DNA of 64,000 nucleotides from Eledone cirrhosa (lineage: Eukaryota), in the NCBI GenBank assembly GCA_964016885.1, contig OZ024743.1, positions 209,002,001-209,066,000 on the forward strand, given 5' to 3'. A program made the translations under genes and the position numbers. A model generated the notes under the pieces. The model made no database searches. It had not been told where the DNA came from and saw nothing but the letters and a program-made list of their open reading frames with translations. Positions 30,971 to 46,055 of this stretch are shown in pieces. Position 1 is the first letter of the stretch. Each line of letters starts with the position of its first letter.

Positions 30971-33559
30971 ATCCTATGCCCACAGATGAAAGCTCTTCAC
31001 TCCATAAGATATACCACAGTTTACCATCCTATAGCCACACATGAAAGCTCTTCACTCCATAAGATATACCACAGTTTACCATCCTATGGCCACAGATGAA
31101 AGCTCTTCACTCCTTAAGATATACCACAGTTTACCATCCTATAGCCACACATGAAAGCTCTTCACTCCATAAGATATACCACAGTTTACCATCCTATAGC
31201 CAGACATGGAAGCTCTTAACTCCATAAGATATACCACAGTTTACCATCATATAGCCACACATGAAAGCTCTTCACTCCATAAGATATACCACAGTTTACC
31301 ATCCTATAGCCATAGATGAAAGCTCTTCACTCCATGAGATATACGACAGTTTACCATCCTATAGCCAGATGAAAGCTTTTCACTCCATAAGATATACCAC
31401 AGTTTACCATACTATGCCCACAGATGAAAGCTCTTCACTCCATAAGATATACCACAGTTTACCATCCTATAGCCACACATGAAAGCTCTTCACTCCATAA
31501 GATATACCACAGTTTACCATCCTATGGCCACAGATGAAAGCTCTTAACTCCATAAGATATACCACAATTTACCACCCTATGGCCACAGATGAAAGCTCTT
31601 CACTCCATAAGATATACCACATTTTACCATCCTATAGACACGCCACGGATGAAAGCTCTTCACTCCATAAGATATACCACAGTTTACCATCCTATAGCCA
31701 GATGAAAGCTCTTCACTCCATAAGATATAACACAGTTTACCATCCTATAGCCACAGATGATAGCTCTTCACTCCATAAGATCAACCACAGTTTACCATCC
31801 TATAGCCACAGATGAAAGCTCTTCACTCCATAAGATATACCACAGTTTACCATCCTATAGCCACAGATGAAAGCTGTTCACTCCATAAGATATACCACAT
31901 TTTACCATCCTATAGCCACACATGAAAGTTCTTCACTCCATAAGATATACCACAGTTTACCATCCTATAGCCACACATGGAAGCTCTTCACTCCATATGA
32001 TATACCACAGTTTACCATCCTATAGCCACACATGAAAGCTCTTCACTCCAAAATATATACCACAGTTTACCATCATATAGCCAGATGAAAGCTCTTCACT
32101 CCATAAGATATACCACAGTTTACCATCCTATAGCCATGCATGAAAGCTCTTCACTCCATAAGATATACGACAGTTTACCATCCTATAGCCACAGATGAAA
32201 GCTGTTCACTCCATAAGATATACCACAGTTTACCATCCTATAGCCACACATGAAAGCTCTTCACTCCATAAGATATACCACAGTTTACCATCCTATAGCC
32301 ACAGATGAAAGCTCTTCACTCCATAAGATATACCACAGTTTACCATCCTATAGCCAGATGAGAGCTTTTCACTCCATAAGATATACCACAGTTTACCATC
32401 CTATGCCCACAGATGAAAGCTCTTCACTCCATAAGATATACCACACTTTACCATCCTATAGCCACACATGAAAGCTCTTCACTCCATAAGATATACCACA
32501 GTTTACCATCCTATGGCCACAGATGAAAGCTCTTCACTCCATAAGATATACCACAGTTTACCACCCTATGGCCACAGATGAAAGCTCTTCACTCCATAAG
32601 ATATACCACAGCTTACCATCCTATAGTCACATATGAAAGCTCTTCACTCCATAAGATATACCACAGTTTACCATCATAGAGCCAGATGAAAGCTCTTCAC
32701 TACATAAGATATACCACAGTTTACCATCGTATAGCCACACATGAGAGCTCTTCACTCTATAAGATATACCACAGTTTACCATCCTATAGCCAGATGAAAG
32801 TTCTTCACTCCATAAGATATACCACAGTATACCATCCTAAAGCCACACATGAAAGCTTTTCACTCCATAAGATATACCACAGTTTACCATCTTATAGCCA
32901 CACATGAAAGCTCTTCACTCCATAAGATATACCACAGTTTACCATCCTATAGCCACAGATGAAAGCTCTTCACTCCATAAGATATACCACAGTTTACCAT
33001 CCTATAGCCACACATGAAAGCTCTTCACTCCATAAGATATACCACAGTTTACCATCCTATAGCCAGATGAAAGCTTTTCACTCCATAAGATATACCACAG
33101 TTTACCATCCTATAGCCACACATGAAAGCTCTTCACTCCATAAGATATACCACAGTTTACCATCTTATAGCCACAAATGAAAGCTCTTCACTCCATAAGA
33201 TATACCACAGTTTACCATCCTATAGCCACAGATGAAAGCTCTTCACTCCATAAGATATACCACAGTTTACCATCCTATAGCCACAGATGAAAACTCTTCA
33301 CTCCATAAGATATACCACAGTTTACCATCCTATGGCCAGAGATGAAAGCTCCTCACTCCATAAGATATACCACAGTTTACCATCCTATAGGCACACATGA
33401 AAGCTCTTCACTCCATAAGATATACCACAGTTTACCATCATATAGCCACAGATGAAATCTCTTCACTCCATGAGATATAACACAGTTTACCATCCTATGG
33501 CCAGAGATGAAAGCTCTTCACTCCATAAGATATACCACAGTTTACCATCCTATAGCCAC

Positions 33560-36500
33560 ACATGAAAGCTGTTCACTCCATAAGATATACCACAGTTTAC
33601 CATCCTATAGCCACACATGAAAGCTCTTCACTCCATAAGATATACGACAGTTTACCATCCGATAGCCAGATGAAAGCTCTTAAATCCATAAGATATACCA
33701 CAGTTTACCATCCTATAGCCACACATGAAAGCCCTTCACTCCATAAGATATACCACAGTTTACCATCATATAGCCACACATGAAAGCTCTTCATTCCATA
33801 AGATATACCACAGTTTACCATCCTATAGCCACAGATGAAAGCTCTTCACTCCATAAGATATACCACAGTTTACCATCCTATAGCCAGATGAAAGCTTTTC
33901 ACTCCATAAGATATACCACAGTTTACCCTCCGATAGCCACACATGAAAGCTCTTCACTCCATAAGATATACCACAGTTTACCATCCTATGGCCACAGATG
34001 AAAGCTCTTCACTCCATAAGATATACCACAGTTTACCATCCTATAGCCACACATGAGAGCTCTTCACTCTATAAGATATAGCACAGTTTACCATCCTATA
34101 GCCACACATGGAAGCTCTTCACTCCATAAGATATACCACAGTTTACAATCCGATAGCCACACATGAAAGCTCTTCACTCCATAAGATATACCACAGTTTA
34201 CCATCCTATAGCCAGATGAAAGTTCTTCACTCCATAAGATATACCACAGTATACCATCCTATAGCCACACATGAAAGCTCTTCACTCCATAAGATATACC
34301 ACAGTTTACCATCCTATAGCCACAGATGAAAGCTCTTCACTCCATAAGATATACCACAGTTTACCATCATATAGCCACGCATGAAAGCTCTTCACTCCAT
34401 AAGATATACCACAGTTTACCATCCTATTGCCACAGATGAAAGCTCTTCACTCCATAACATATACCACAGTTGACCATCCTATAGCCACACATGAGAGCCC
34501 TTCACTCCATAAGATATACCACAGTTTACCATCCTATAGCCACACGTGAAAGCTCTTCACTCCATAAGATATACCACAGTTTACCATCCTATAGCCAGAT
34601 GAAAGTTTTTCACTCCATAAGATATACCACAGTTTACCATCCTATAGCCACACATGAAAGCTCTTCATTCCATAAGATATACCACAGTTTACCATCCTAT
34701 AGCCACAGATGAAAGCTCTTCACTCCATAAGATATACGACAGTTTACCATCCGATAGCCAGATGAAAGCTCTTAAATCCATAAGATATACCACAGTTTAC
34801 CATCCTATAGCCACACATGAAAGCCCTTCACTCCATAAGATATACCACAGTTTACCATCATATAGCCACACATGAAAGCTCTTCATTCCATAAGATATAC
34901 CACAGTTTACCATCCTATAGCCACAGATGAAAGCTCTTCACTCCATAAGATATACCACAGTTTACCATCCTATAGCCAGATGAAAGCTTTTCACTCCATA
35001 AGATATACCACAGTTTACCCTCCGATAGCCACACATGAAAGCTCTTCACTCCATAAGATACACCACAATTGACCATCCTATGGCCACAGATGAAAGCTCT
35101 TCACTCCATAAGATATACCACAGTTTACCATCATAGAGGCAGATGAAAGCTCTTCACTACATAAGATATACCACAGTTTACCATCCTATAGCCACAGATG
35201 AAAGCTCATCACTCCATAAGATATACCACAGTTTACCATCCTATAGCCACAGATGAAAGCTGTTCACTCCATAAGATATACCACAGTTTACCATCCTATA
35301 GCCACACATGAGAGCTCTTCACTCTATAAGATATAGCACAGTTTACCATCCTATAGCCACACATGGAAGCTCTTCACTCCATAAGATATACCACAGTTTA
35401 CAATCCGATAGCCACACATGAAAGCTCTTCACTGCATAAGATATACCACAGTTTACCATCCTATAGCCAGATGAAAGTTCTTCACTCCATAAGATATACC
35501 ACAGTATACCATCCTATAGCCACACATGAAAGCTCTTCACTCCATAAGATATACCACAGTTTACCATCCTATAGCCACAGATGAAAGCTCTTCACTCCAT
35601 AAGATATACCACAGTTTACCATCCTATAGCCACGCATGAAAGCTCTTCACTCCATAAGATATACCACAGTTTACCATCCTATTGCCACAGATGAAAGCTC
35701 TTCACTCCATAACATATACCGCAGTTGACCATCCTATAGCCACACATGAGAGCCCTTCACTCCATAAGATATACCACAGTTTACCATCCTATAGACACAC
35801 GTGAAAGCTCTTCACTCCATAAGATATACCACAGTTTACCATCCTATAGCCAGATGAAAGATTTTCACTCCATAAGATATACCACAGTTTACCATCCTAT
35901 AGCCACACATGAAAGCTCTTCACTCCATAAGATATACCACAGTTTACCATCTTATAGCCACACATGAAAGCTCTTCACTCCATAAGATATACCACAGTTT
36001 ACCATCCTATAGCCACACATGAAAGCTCCTCACTCCATGAGGTATACCACAGTTTACCATCCTATAGCCACAGATGAAAACTCTTCACTCCATAAGATAT
36101 ACCACAGTTTACCATCCTATGGCCAGAGATGAAAGCTCTTCACTCCATAAGATATACCACAGTTTACCATCCTATAGCCACACATGAAAGCTCTTCACTC
36201 CATAAGATATACCACAGTTTACCATCATATAGCCACTGATGAAATCTCTTCACTCCATAAGATATAACACAGTTTACCATCCTATGGCCAGAGATGAATG
36301 CTCTTCACTCCATAATATATACCACAGTTTACCATCCTATAGCCACACATGAAAGCTGTTCACTCCATAATATATACCACAGTTTACCATCCTATAGCCA
36401 CACATGAAAGCTCTTCACTCCATAAGATATACCACAGTTTACCATCCTATAGCCACACATGGAAGCTCTTCACTCCATAAGATATACCACAGTTGACCAT

Positions 36501-38500
36501 CATATAGCCACACATGAAAGCTCTTCACTCCATAAGATATACCACAGTTTACCATCCTATAGCCTTAGATGAAAGCTCTTCACTCCATAAGATATACGAT
36601 AGTTTACCATCCTATAGCCAGATGAAAGCTCTTAAATCCATAAGATATACCACAGTTTACCATCCTATAGCCACACATGAAAGCCCTTCACTCCATAAGA
36701 TATACCACAGTTTACCATCATATAGCCACACATAAAAGCTCTTCACTCCATAAGATATACCACAGTTTACCATCCTATAGCCACAGATGAAAGCTCTTCA
36801 CTCCATAAGATATACCACAGTTTACCATCCTATAGCCAGATGAAAGCTTTTCACTCCATAATATATACCACAGTTTACCATCCTATGCCCACAGATGAAA
36901 GCTCTTCACTCCATAAGATATACCACAGTTTACCATCCTATAGCCACACATGAAAGCTCTTCACTCCATAAGATATACCACAGTTTACAATCCTATGGCC
37001 ACAGATGAAAGCTCTTCACTCCATAAGATATACCACAGTTTACCACCCTATGGCCACAGATGAAAGCTCTTCACTCCATAAGATATAACACAGTTTACCA
37101 TCCTATAGTCACATATGAAAGCTCTTCACTCCATAAGATATACCACAGTTTACCATCATAGAGCCAGATGAAAGCTCTTCACTACATAAGATATACCACA
37201 GTTTACCATCCTATAGCCACAGATGAAAGCTCTTCACTCCATAAGATATACCACAGTTTACCATCGTATAGCCACACATGAGAGCTCTTCATTCTATAAG
37301 ATATACCACACTTTACCATCCTATAGCCAGATGAAAGTTCTTCACTCCATAAGATATACCACAGTTTACCATCCGATAGCCACACATGAAAGCTCTTCAC
37401 TCCATAAGATATACCACAGTTTACCATCCTATAGCCAGATGAAAGTTCTTCACTGCATAAGATATACCACAGTTTACCATCCTATAGCCACACATGAAAG
37501 CTCTTCACTCCATAAGATATATCACAGTTTACCATCCTATAGCCACAGATGAAATCTCTTCACTCCATAAGATATACCACAGTTTACCATCCTATAGCCA
37601 CACATGAGAGCTCTTCACTCCATAAGATATACCACAGTTTACCATCCTATAGCCACACATGAAAGCTCTTCACTCCATAAGATATACCACAGTTTACCAT
37701 CCTATAGCCAGATGAAAGCTTTTCACTCCATAAGATATACCACAGTTGACCATCATATAGCCACACATGAAAGCTCTTCACTCCATAAGATATACCACAG
37801 TTTACCATCCTATAGCCTTAGATGAAAGCTCTTCACTCCATAAGATATACGATAGTTTACCATCCTATAGCCAGATGAAAGCTCTTAAATCCATAAGATA
37901 TACCACAGTTTACCATCCTATAGCCACACATGAAAGCCCTTCACTCCATAAGATATACCACAGTTTACCATCATATAGCCACACATGAAAGCTCTTCACT
38001 CCATAAGATATACCACAGTTTACCATCCTATAGCCACAGATGAAAGCTCTTCACTCCATAAGATATACCACCATTTACCATCCTATAGCCAGATGAAAGC
38101 TTTTCACTCCATAATATATACCACAGTTTACCATCCTATGCCCACAGATGAAAGCTCTTCACTCCATAAGATATACCACAGTCTACCATCCTATAGCCAC
38201 ACATGAAAGCTCTTCACTCCATAAGATATACCACAGTTTACCATCCTATGGCCACAGATGAAAGCTCTTCACTCCATAAGATATACCACAGTTTACCACC
38301 CTATGGCCACAGATAAAAGCTCTTCACTCCATAAGATATACCACAGTTTACCATCCTATAGTCACATATGAAAGCTCTTCACTCCATAAGATATACCACA
38401 GTTTACCATCATAGAGCCAGATGAAAGCTCTTCACTACATAAGATATACCACAGTTTACCACCCTATGGCCACAGATGAAAGCTCTTCACTCCATAAGAT
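33560..38500 (+). repeat. Domain of short duplications with offsets 1,092, 1,255 and 1,253 bp
   Basis: ORF pairs 33562/34654 and 33780/34872 (+1092), 34108/35363 and 34491/35746 (+1255), 36514/37767 (+1253). Confidence 0.75.
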
Positions 38501-38719
38501 ATACCACAGTTTACCATCGTATAGCCACACATGAGAGCTCTTCACTCTATAAGATATACCACACTTTACCATCCTATAGCCAGATGAAAGTTCTTCACTC
38601 CATAAGATATACCACAGTATACCATCCTAAAGCCACACATGAAAGCTTTTCACTCCATAAGATATACCACAGTTTACCATCTTATAGCCACACATGAAAG
38701 CTCTTCACTCCATAAGATA

Positions 38720-41700
38720 TACCACAGTTTACCATCCTATAGCCACAGATGAAAGCTCTTCACTCCATAAGATATACCACAGTTTACCATCCGATAGCCA
38801 CACATGAAAGCTCTTCACTCCATAAGATATACCACAGTTTACCATCCTATAGCCAGATGAAAGTTCTTCACTGCATAAGATATACCACAGTTTACCATCC
38901 TATAGCCAGATGAAAGCTTTTCACTCCATAAGATATACCACAGTTTACCATCCTATAGCCACACATGAAAGCTCTTCACTCCATAAGATATATCACAGTT
39001 TACCATCCTATAGCCACAGATGAAAGCTCTTCACTCCATAAGATATACCACAGTTTACCATCCTATAGCCACACATGAAAGCTCTTCACTCCATAAGATA
39101 TATCACAGTTTACCATCCTATAGCCACAGATGAAATCTCTTCACTCCATAAGATATACCACAGTTTACCATCCTATAGCCACACATGAAAGCTCTTCACT
39201 CCATAAGATATATCACAGTTTACCATCCTATAGCCACAGATGAAATCTCTTCACTCCATAAGATATACCACAGTTTACCATCCTATAGCCACACATGAGA
39301 GCTCTTCACTCCATAAGATATACCACAGTTTACCATCCTATAGCCACACATGAAAGCTCTTCACTCCATAAGATATACCACAGTTTACCATCCTATAGCC
39401 AGATGAAAGCTTTTCACTCCATAAGATATACCACAGTTTACCATCCTATAGCCACACATGAAAGCTCTTCACTCCATAAGATATATCACAGTTTACCATC
39501 CTATAGCCACAGATGAAAGCTCTTCACTCCATAAGATATACCACAGTTTACCATCCTATAGCCAGATGAAAGGTCTTCTCTCCATAAGATATACCACAGT
39601 TTACCATCCTATAGCCACACATGAAAGCTCTTCACTCCATAAGATATACCACAGTTTACCATCCTATAGCCACACATGAGAGCTCTTCACACCATAAGAT
39701 ATACCACAGTTTACCATCCTATAGCCACACATGAAAGCTCTTCACTCCATGAGATATACCACAGTTTACCATCCTATAGCAAGATGAAAGCTTTTCACTC
39801 CATAAGATATACCACAGTTTACCATCCTATAGCCACACATGAAAGCTCTTCACTCCATAAGATATACCACAGTTTACCATCCTATAGTCACACATGAAAG
39901 TTCTTCACTCCATAAGATATACCACAGTTTACCATCATATAGCCAGATGAAAGCTCTTCACTACATAAGATATACCACAGTTTACCATCCTATAGCCACA
40001 GATGAAAGCTCTTCACTCCATAAGATATACCACAGTTTACCATCCTATAGCCACAGATGAAAGCTCTTCACTCCATAAGATATACCACAGTTTACCATCC
40101 TATAGCCACAGATGAAAGCTGTTCACTCCATAAGATATACCACAGTTTACCATCCTATAGCCACAGATGAAAGCTCTTCACTCCATAAGATATACCACAG
40201 TTTACCATCCTATAGCCACAGATGAAAGCTCTTCACTCCATAAGATATACCACAGTTTACCATCCTATAGCCACAGATGAAAGCTGTTCACTCCATAAGA
40301 TATACCACAGTTTACCATCCTATAGCCACACATGAGAGCTTTTCACACTATAAGATATACCATAGTTTACCATCCTATAGCCACACATGGAAGCTCTTCA
40401 CTCCATAAGATATACCACAGTTTACCATCCGATAGCCACACATGAAAGCTCTTCACTCCATAAGATATACCACAGTTTACCATCCTATAGCCAGATGAAA
40501 GTTCTTCACTCCATAAGATATACCACAGTATACCATCCTATAGCCACACATGAAAGCTCTTCACTCCATAAGATATACCACAGTTTACCATCCTATAGCC
40601 ACACATGAGAGCTCTTCACACCATAAAATATACCACGGTTTACCATCCTATAGCCACACATGAGAGCTCTTCACTCTATAAGATATACCACAGTATACCA
40701 TCCTAAAGCCACACATGAAAGCTTTTCACTCCATAAGATATACCACAGTTTACCATCTTATAGCCACACATGAAAGCTCTTCACTCCATAAGATATACCA
40801 CAGTTTACCATCCTATAGCCACAGATGAAAGCTCTTCACTCCATAAGATATACCACAGTTTACCATCCGATAGCCACACATGAAAGCTCTTCACTCCATA
40901 AGATATACCACAGTTTACCATCCGATAGCCAGATGAAAGTTCTTCACTGCATAAGATATACCACAGTTTACCATCCTATAGCCACACATGAAAGCTCTTC
41001 ACTCCATAAGATATATCACAGTTTTCCATCCTATAGCCACAGATGAAATCTCTTCACTCCATAAGATATACCACAGTTTACCATCCTATAGCCACACATG
41101 AGAGCTCTTCACTCCATAAGATATACCACAGTTTACCATCCTATAGCCACACATGAAAGCTCTTCACTCCATAAGATATACCACAGTTTACCATCCTATA
41201 GCCAGATGAAAGCTTTTCACTCCATAAGATATACGACAGTTTACCATCCTATAGCCACACATGAAAGCTCTTCACTCCATAAGATATACCACAGTTTACC
41301 ATCCTATAGCCAGATGAAAGTTCTTCACTCCATAAGATATACCACAGTTTACCATCCTATAGCCACACATGAAAGCTCTTCACTCCATAAGATATATCAC
41401 AGTTTACCATCCTATAGCCACAGATGAAAGCTCTTCACTCCATAAGATATACCACAGTTTACCATCCTATAGCCAGATGAAAGCTCTTCACTCCATAAGA
41501 TATACCACAGTTTACCATCCTATAGCCATACATGAAAGCTCTTCACTCCATAAGATATACCACAGTTTACCATCCTATAGCCACACATGAGAGCTCTTCA
41601 CACCATAAGATATACCACAGTTTACCATCTTATAGCCACACATGAAAGCTCTTCACTCCATAAGATATACCACAGTTTACCATCTTATAGCCACACATGA

Positions 41701-44700
41701 GAGCTCTTCACTCCATAAGATATACCACAGTTTACCATCCTATAGCCACACATGGAAGCTCTTCACTACATAAGATATACCACAGTTGACCATCATATAG
41801 CCACACATGAAAGCTCTTCACTCCATAATATATACCACAGTTTACCATCCTATAGCCATAGATGAAAGCTCTTCACTCCATAAGATATACGACAGTTTAC
41901 CATCCGATAGCCAGATGAAAGCTCTTAAATCCATAAGATATACCACAGCTTACCATCCTATAGCCAGATGAAAGCTTTTCACTCCATAAGATATACCACA
42001 GTTTACCCTCCGATAGCCACACATGAAAGCTCTTCACTCCATAAGATATACCACAGTTTACCATCCTGTAGCCACACATGAAAGCTCTTCACTCCATAAC
42101 ATATACCACAGTTTACCATCCTATGGCCACAGATGAAAGCTCTTCACTCCATAAGATATACCACAGTTTACCATCATAGAGCCAGATGAAAGCTCTTCAC
42201 TACATAAGATATACCACAGTTTACCATCCTATAGCCACAGATGAAAGCTCTTCACTCCATAAGATATACCACAGTTTACCATCCTATAGCCACAGATGAA
42301 AGCTGTTCACTCCATAAGATATACCACAGTTTACCATCCTATAGCCAGATGAAAGTTCTTCACTGCATAAGATATACCACAGTTTACCATCATAGAGCCA
42401 GATGAAAGCTCTTCACTACATAAGATATACCACAGTTTACCATCCTATAGCCACAGATGAAAGCTCTTCACTCCATAAGATATACCACAGTTTACCATCC
42501 GATAGCCACACATGAAAGCTCTTCACTCCATAAGATATACCACAGTTTACCATCCTATAGCCAGATGAAAGTTCTTCACTGCATAAGATATACCACAGTT
42601 TACCATCCTATAGCCAGATGAAAGCTTTTCACTCCATAAGATATACCACAGTTTACCATCCTATAGCCACACATGAAAGCTCTTCACTCCATAAGATATA
42701 TCACAGTTTACCATCCTATAGCCACAGATGAAAGCTCTTCACTCCATAAGATATACCACAGTTTACCATCCTATAGCCACACATGAAAGCTCTTCACTCC
42801 ATAAGATATATCACAGTTTACCATCCTATAGCCACAGATGAAATCTCTTCACTCCATAAGATATACCACAGTTTACCATCCTATAGCCACACATGAAAGC
42901 TCTTCACTCCATAAGATATATCACAGTTTACCATCCTATAGCCACAGATGAAATCTCTTCACTCCATAAGATATACCACAGTTTACCATCCTATAGCCAC
43001 ACATGAGAGCTCTTCACTCCATAAGATATACCACAGTTTACCATCCTATAGCCACACATGAAAGCTCTTCACTCCATAAGATATACCACAGTTTACCATC
43101 CTATAGCCAGATGAAAGCTTTTCACTCCATAAGATATACCACAGTTTACCATCCTATAGCCACACATGAAAGCTCTTCACTCCATAAGATATATCACAGT
43201 TTACCATCCTATAGCCACAGATGAAAGCTCTTCACTCCATAAGATATACCACAGTTTACCATCCTATAGCCAGATGAAAGGTCTTCTCTCCATAAGATAT
43301 ACCACAGTTTACCATCCTATAGCCACACATGAAAGCTCTTCACTCCATAAGATATACCACAGTTTACCATCCTATAGCCACACATGAGAGCTCTTCACAC
43401 CATAAGATATACCACAGTTTACCATCCTATAGCCACACATGAAAGCTCTTCACTCCATGAGATATACCACAGTTTACCATCCTATAGCAAGATGAAAGCT
43501 TTTCACTCCATAAGATATACCACAGTTTACCATCCTATAGCCACACATGAAAGCTCTTCACTCCATAAGATATACCACAGTTTACCATCCTATAGTCACA
43601 CATGAAAGTTCTTCACTCCATAAGATATACCACAGTTTACCATCATATAGCCAGATGAAAGCTCTTCACTACATAAGATATACCACAGTTTACCATCCTA
43701 TAGCCACAGATGAAAGCTCTTCACTCCATAAGATATACCACAGTTTACCATCCTATAGCCACAGATGAAAGCTCTTCACTCCATAAGATATACCACAGTT
43801 TACCATCCTATAGCCACAGATGAAAGCTGTTCACTCCATAAGATATACCACAGTTTACCATCCTATAGCCACAGATGAAAGCTCTTCACTCCATAAGATA
43901 TACCACAGTTTACCATCCTATAGCCACAGATGAAAGCTCTTCACTCCATAAGATATACCACAGTTTACCATCCTATAGCCACAGATGAAAGCTGTTCACT
44001 CCATAAGATATACCACAGTTTACCATCCTATAGCCACACATGAGAGCTTTTCACACTATAAGATATACCATAGTTTACCATCCTATAGCCACACATGGAA
44101 GCTGTTCACTCCATAAGATATACCACAGTTTACCATCCGATAGCCACACATGAAAGCTCTTCACTCCATAAGATATACCACAGTTTACCATCCTATAGCC
44201 AGATGAAAGTTCTTCACTCCATAAGATATACCACAGTATACCATCCTATAGCCACACATGAAAGCTCTTCACTCCATAAGATATACCACAGTTTACCATC
44301 CTATAGCCACACATGAGAGCTCTTCACACCATAAGATATACCACGGTTTACCATCCTATAGCCACACATGAGAGCTCTTCACTCTATAAGATATACCACA
44401 GTATACCATCCTAAAGCCACACATGAAAGCTTTTCACTCCATAAGATATACCACAGTTTACCATCTTATAGCCACACATGAAAGCTCTTCACTCCATAAG
44501 ATATACCACAGTTTACCATCCTATAGCCACAGATGAAAGCTCTTCACTCCATAAGATATACCACAGTTTACCATCCGATAGCCACACATGAAAGCTCTTC
44601 ACTCCATAAGATATACCACAGTTTACCATCCGATAGCCAGATGAAAGTTCTTCACTGCATAAGATATACCACAGTTTACCATCCTATAGCCACACATGAA

Positions 44701-46055
44701 AGCTCTTCACTCCATAAGATATATCACAGTTTTCCATCCTATAGCCACAGATGAAATCTCTTCACTCCATAAGATATACCACAGTTTACCATCCTATAGC
44801 CACACATGAGAGCTCTTCACTCCATAAGATATACCACAGTTTACCATCCTATAGCCACACATGAAAGCTCTTCACTCCATAAGATATACCACAGTTTACC
44901 ATCCTATAGCCAGATGAAAGCTTTTCACTCCATAAGATATACGACAGTTTACCATCCTATAGCCACACATGAAAGCTCTTCACTCCATAAGATATACCAC
45001 AGTTTACCATCCTATAGCCAGATGAAAGTTCTTCACTCCATAAGATATACCACAGTTTACCATCCTATAGCCACACATGAAAGCTCTTCACTCCATAAGA
45101 TATATCACAGTTTACCATCCTATAGCCACAGATGAAAGCTCTTCACTCCATAAGATATACCACAGTTTACCATCCTATAGCCAGATGAAAGCTCTTCACT
45201 CCATAAGATATACCACAGTTTACCATCCTATAGCCATACATGAAAGCTCTTCACTCCATAAGATATACCACAGTTTACCATCCTATAGCCACACATGAGA
45301 GCTCTTCACACCATAAGATATACCACAGTTTACCATCTTATAGCCACACATGAAAGCTCTTCACTCCATAAGATATACCACAGTTTACCATCTTATAGCC
45401 ACACATGAGAGCTCTTCACTCCATAAGATATACCACAGTTTACCATCCTATAGCCACACATGGAAGCTCTTCACTACATAAGATATACCACAGTTGACCA
45501 TCATATAGCCACACATGAAAGCTCTTCACTCCATAAGATATACCACAGTTTACCATCCTATAGCCATAGATGAAAGCTCTTCACTCCATAAGATATACGA
45601 CAGTTTACCATCCGATAGCCAGATGAAAGCTCTTAAATCCATAAGATATACCACAGCTTACCATCCTATAGCCAGATGAAAGCTTTTCACTCCATAAGAT
45701 ATACCACAGTTTACCCTCCGATAGCCACACATGAAAGCTCTTCACTCCATAAGATATACCACAGTTTACCATCCTGTAGCCACACATGAAAGCTCTTCAC
45801 TCCATAACATATACCACAGTTTACCATCCTATGGCCACAGATGAAAGCTCTTCACTCCATAAGATATACCACAGTTTACCATCATAGAGCCAGATGAAAG
45901 CTCTTCACTACATAAAATATACCACAGTTTACCATCCTATAGCCACAGATGAAAGCTCTTCACTCCATAAGATATACCACAGTTTACCATCCTATAGCCA
46001 CAGATGAAAGCTGTTCACTCCATAAGATATACCACAGTTTACCATCCTATAGCCA
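38720..46055 (+). repeat. Near-identical tandem duplication of 3,708 bp
   Basis: ORFs from 39295 to 41897 all recur at +3708 (43003 to 45605). The private markers AAGGTCTTCTC and TAGCAAGATG occur in both copies, and CCGATAG sits at 38791/42499. Confidence 0.92.

Noticed and set aside
31534-31815. Unique 93-aa ORF
   Set aside because: It is created by the 5-bp insertion producing a 60-bp in-frame unit; the content is the same repeat peptide.
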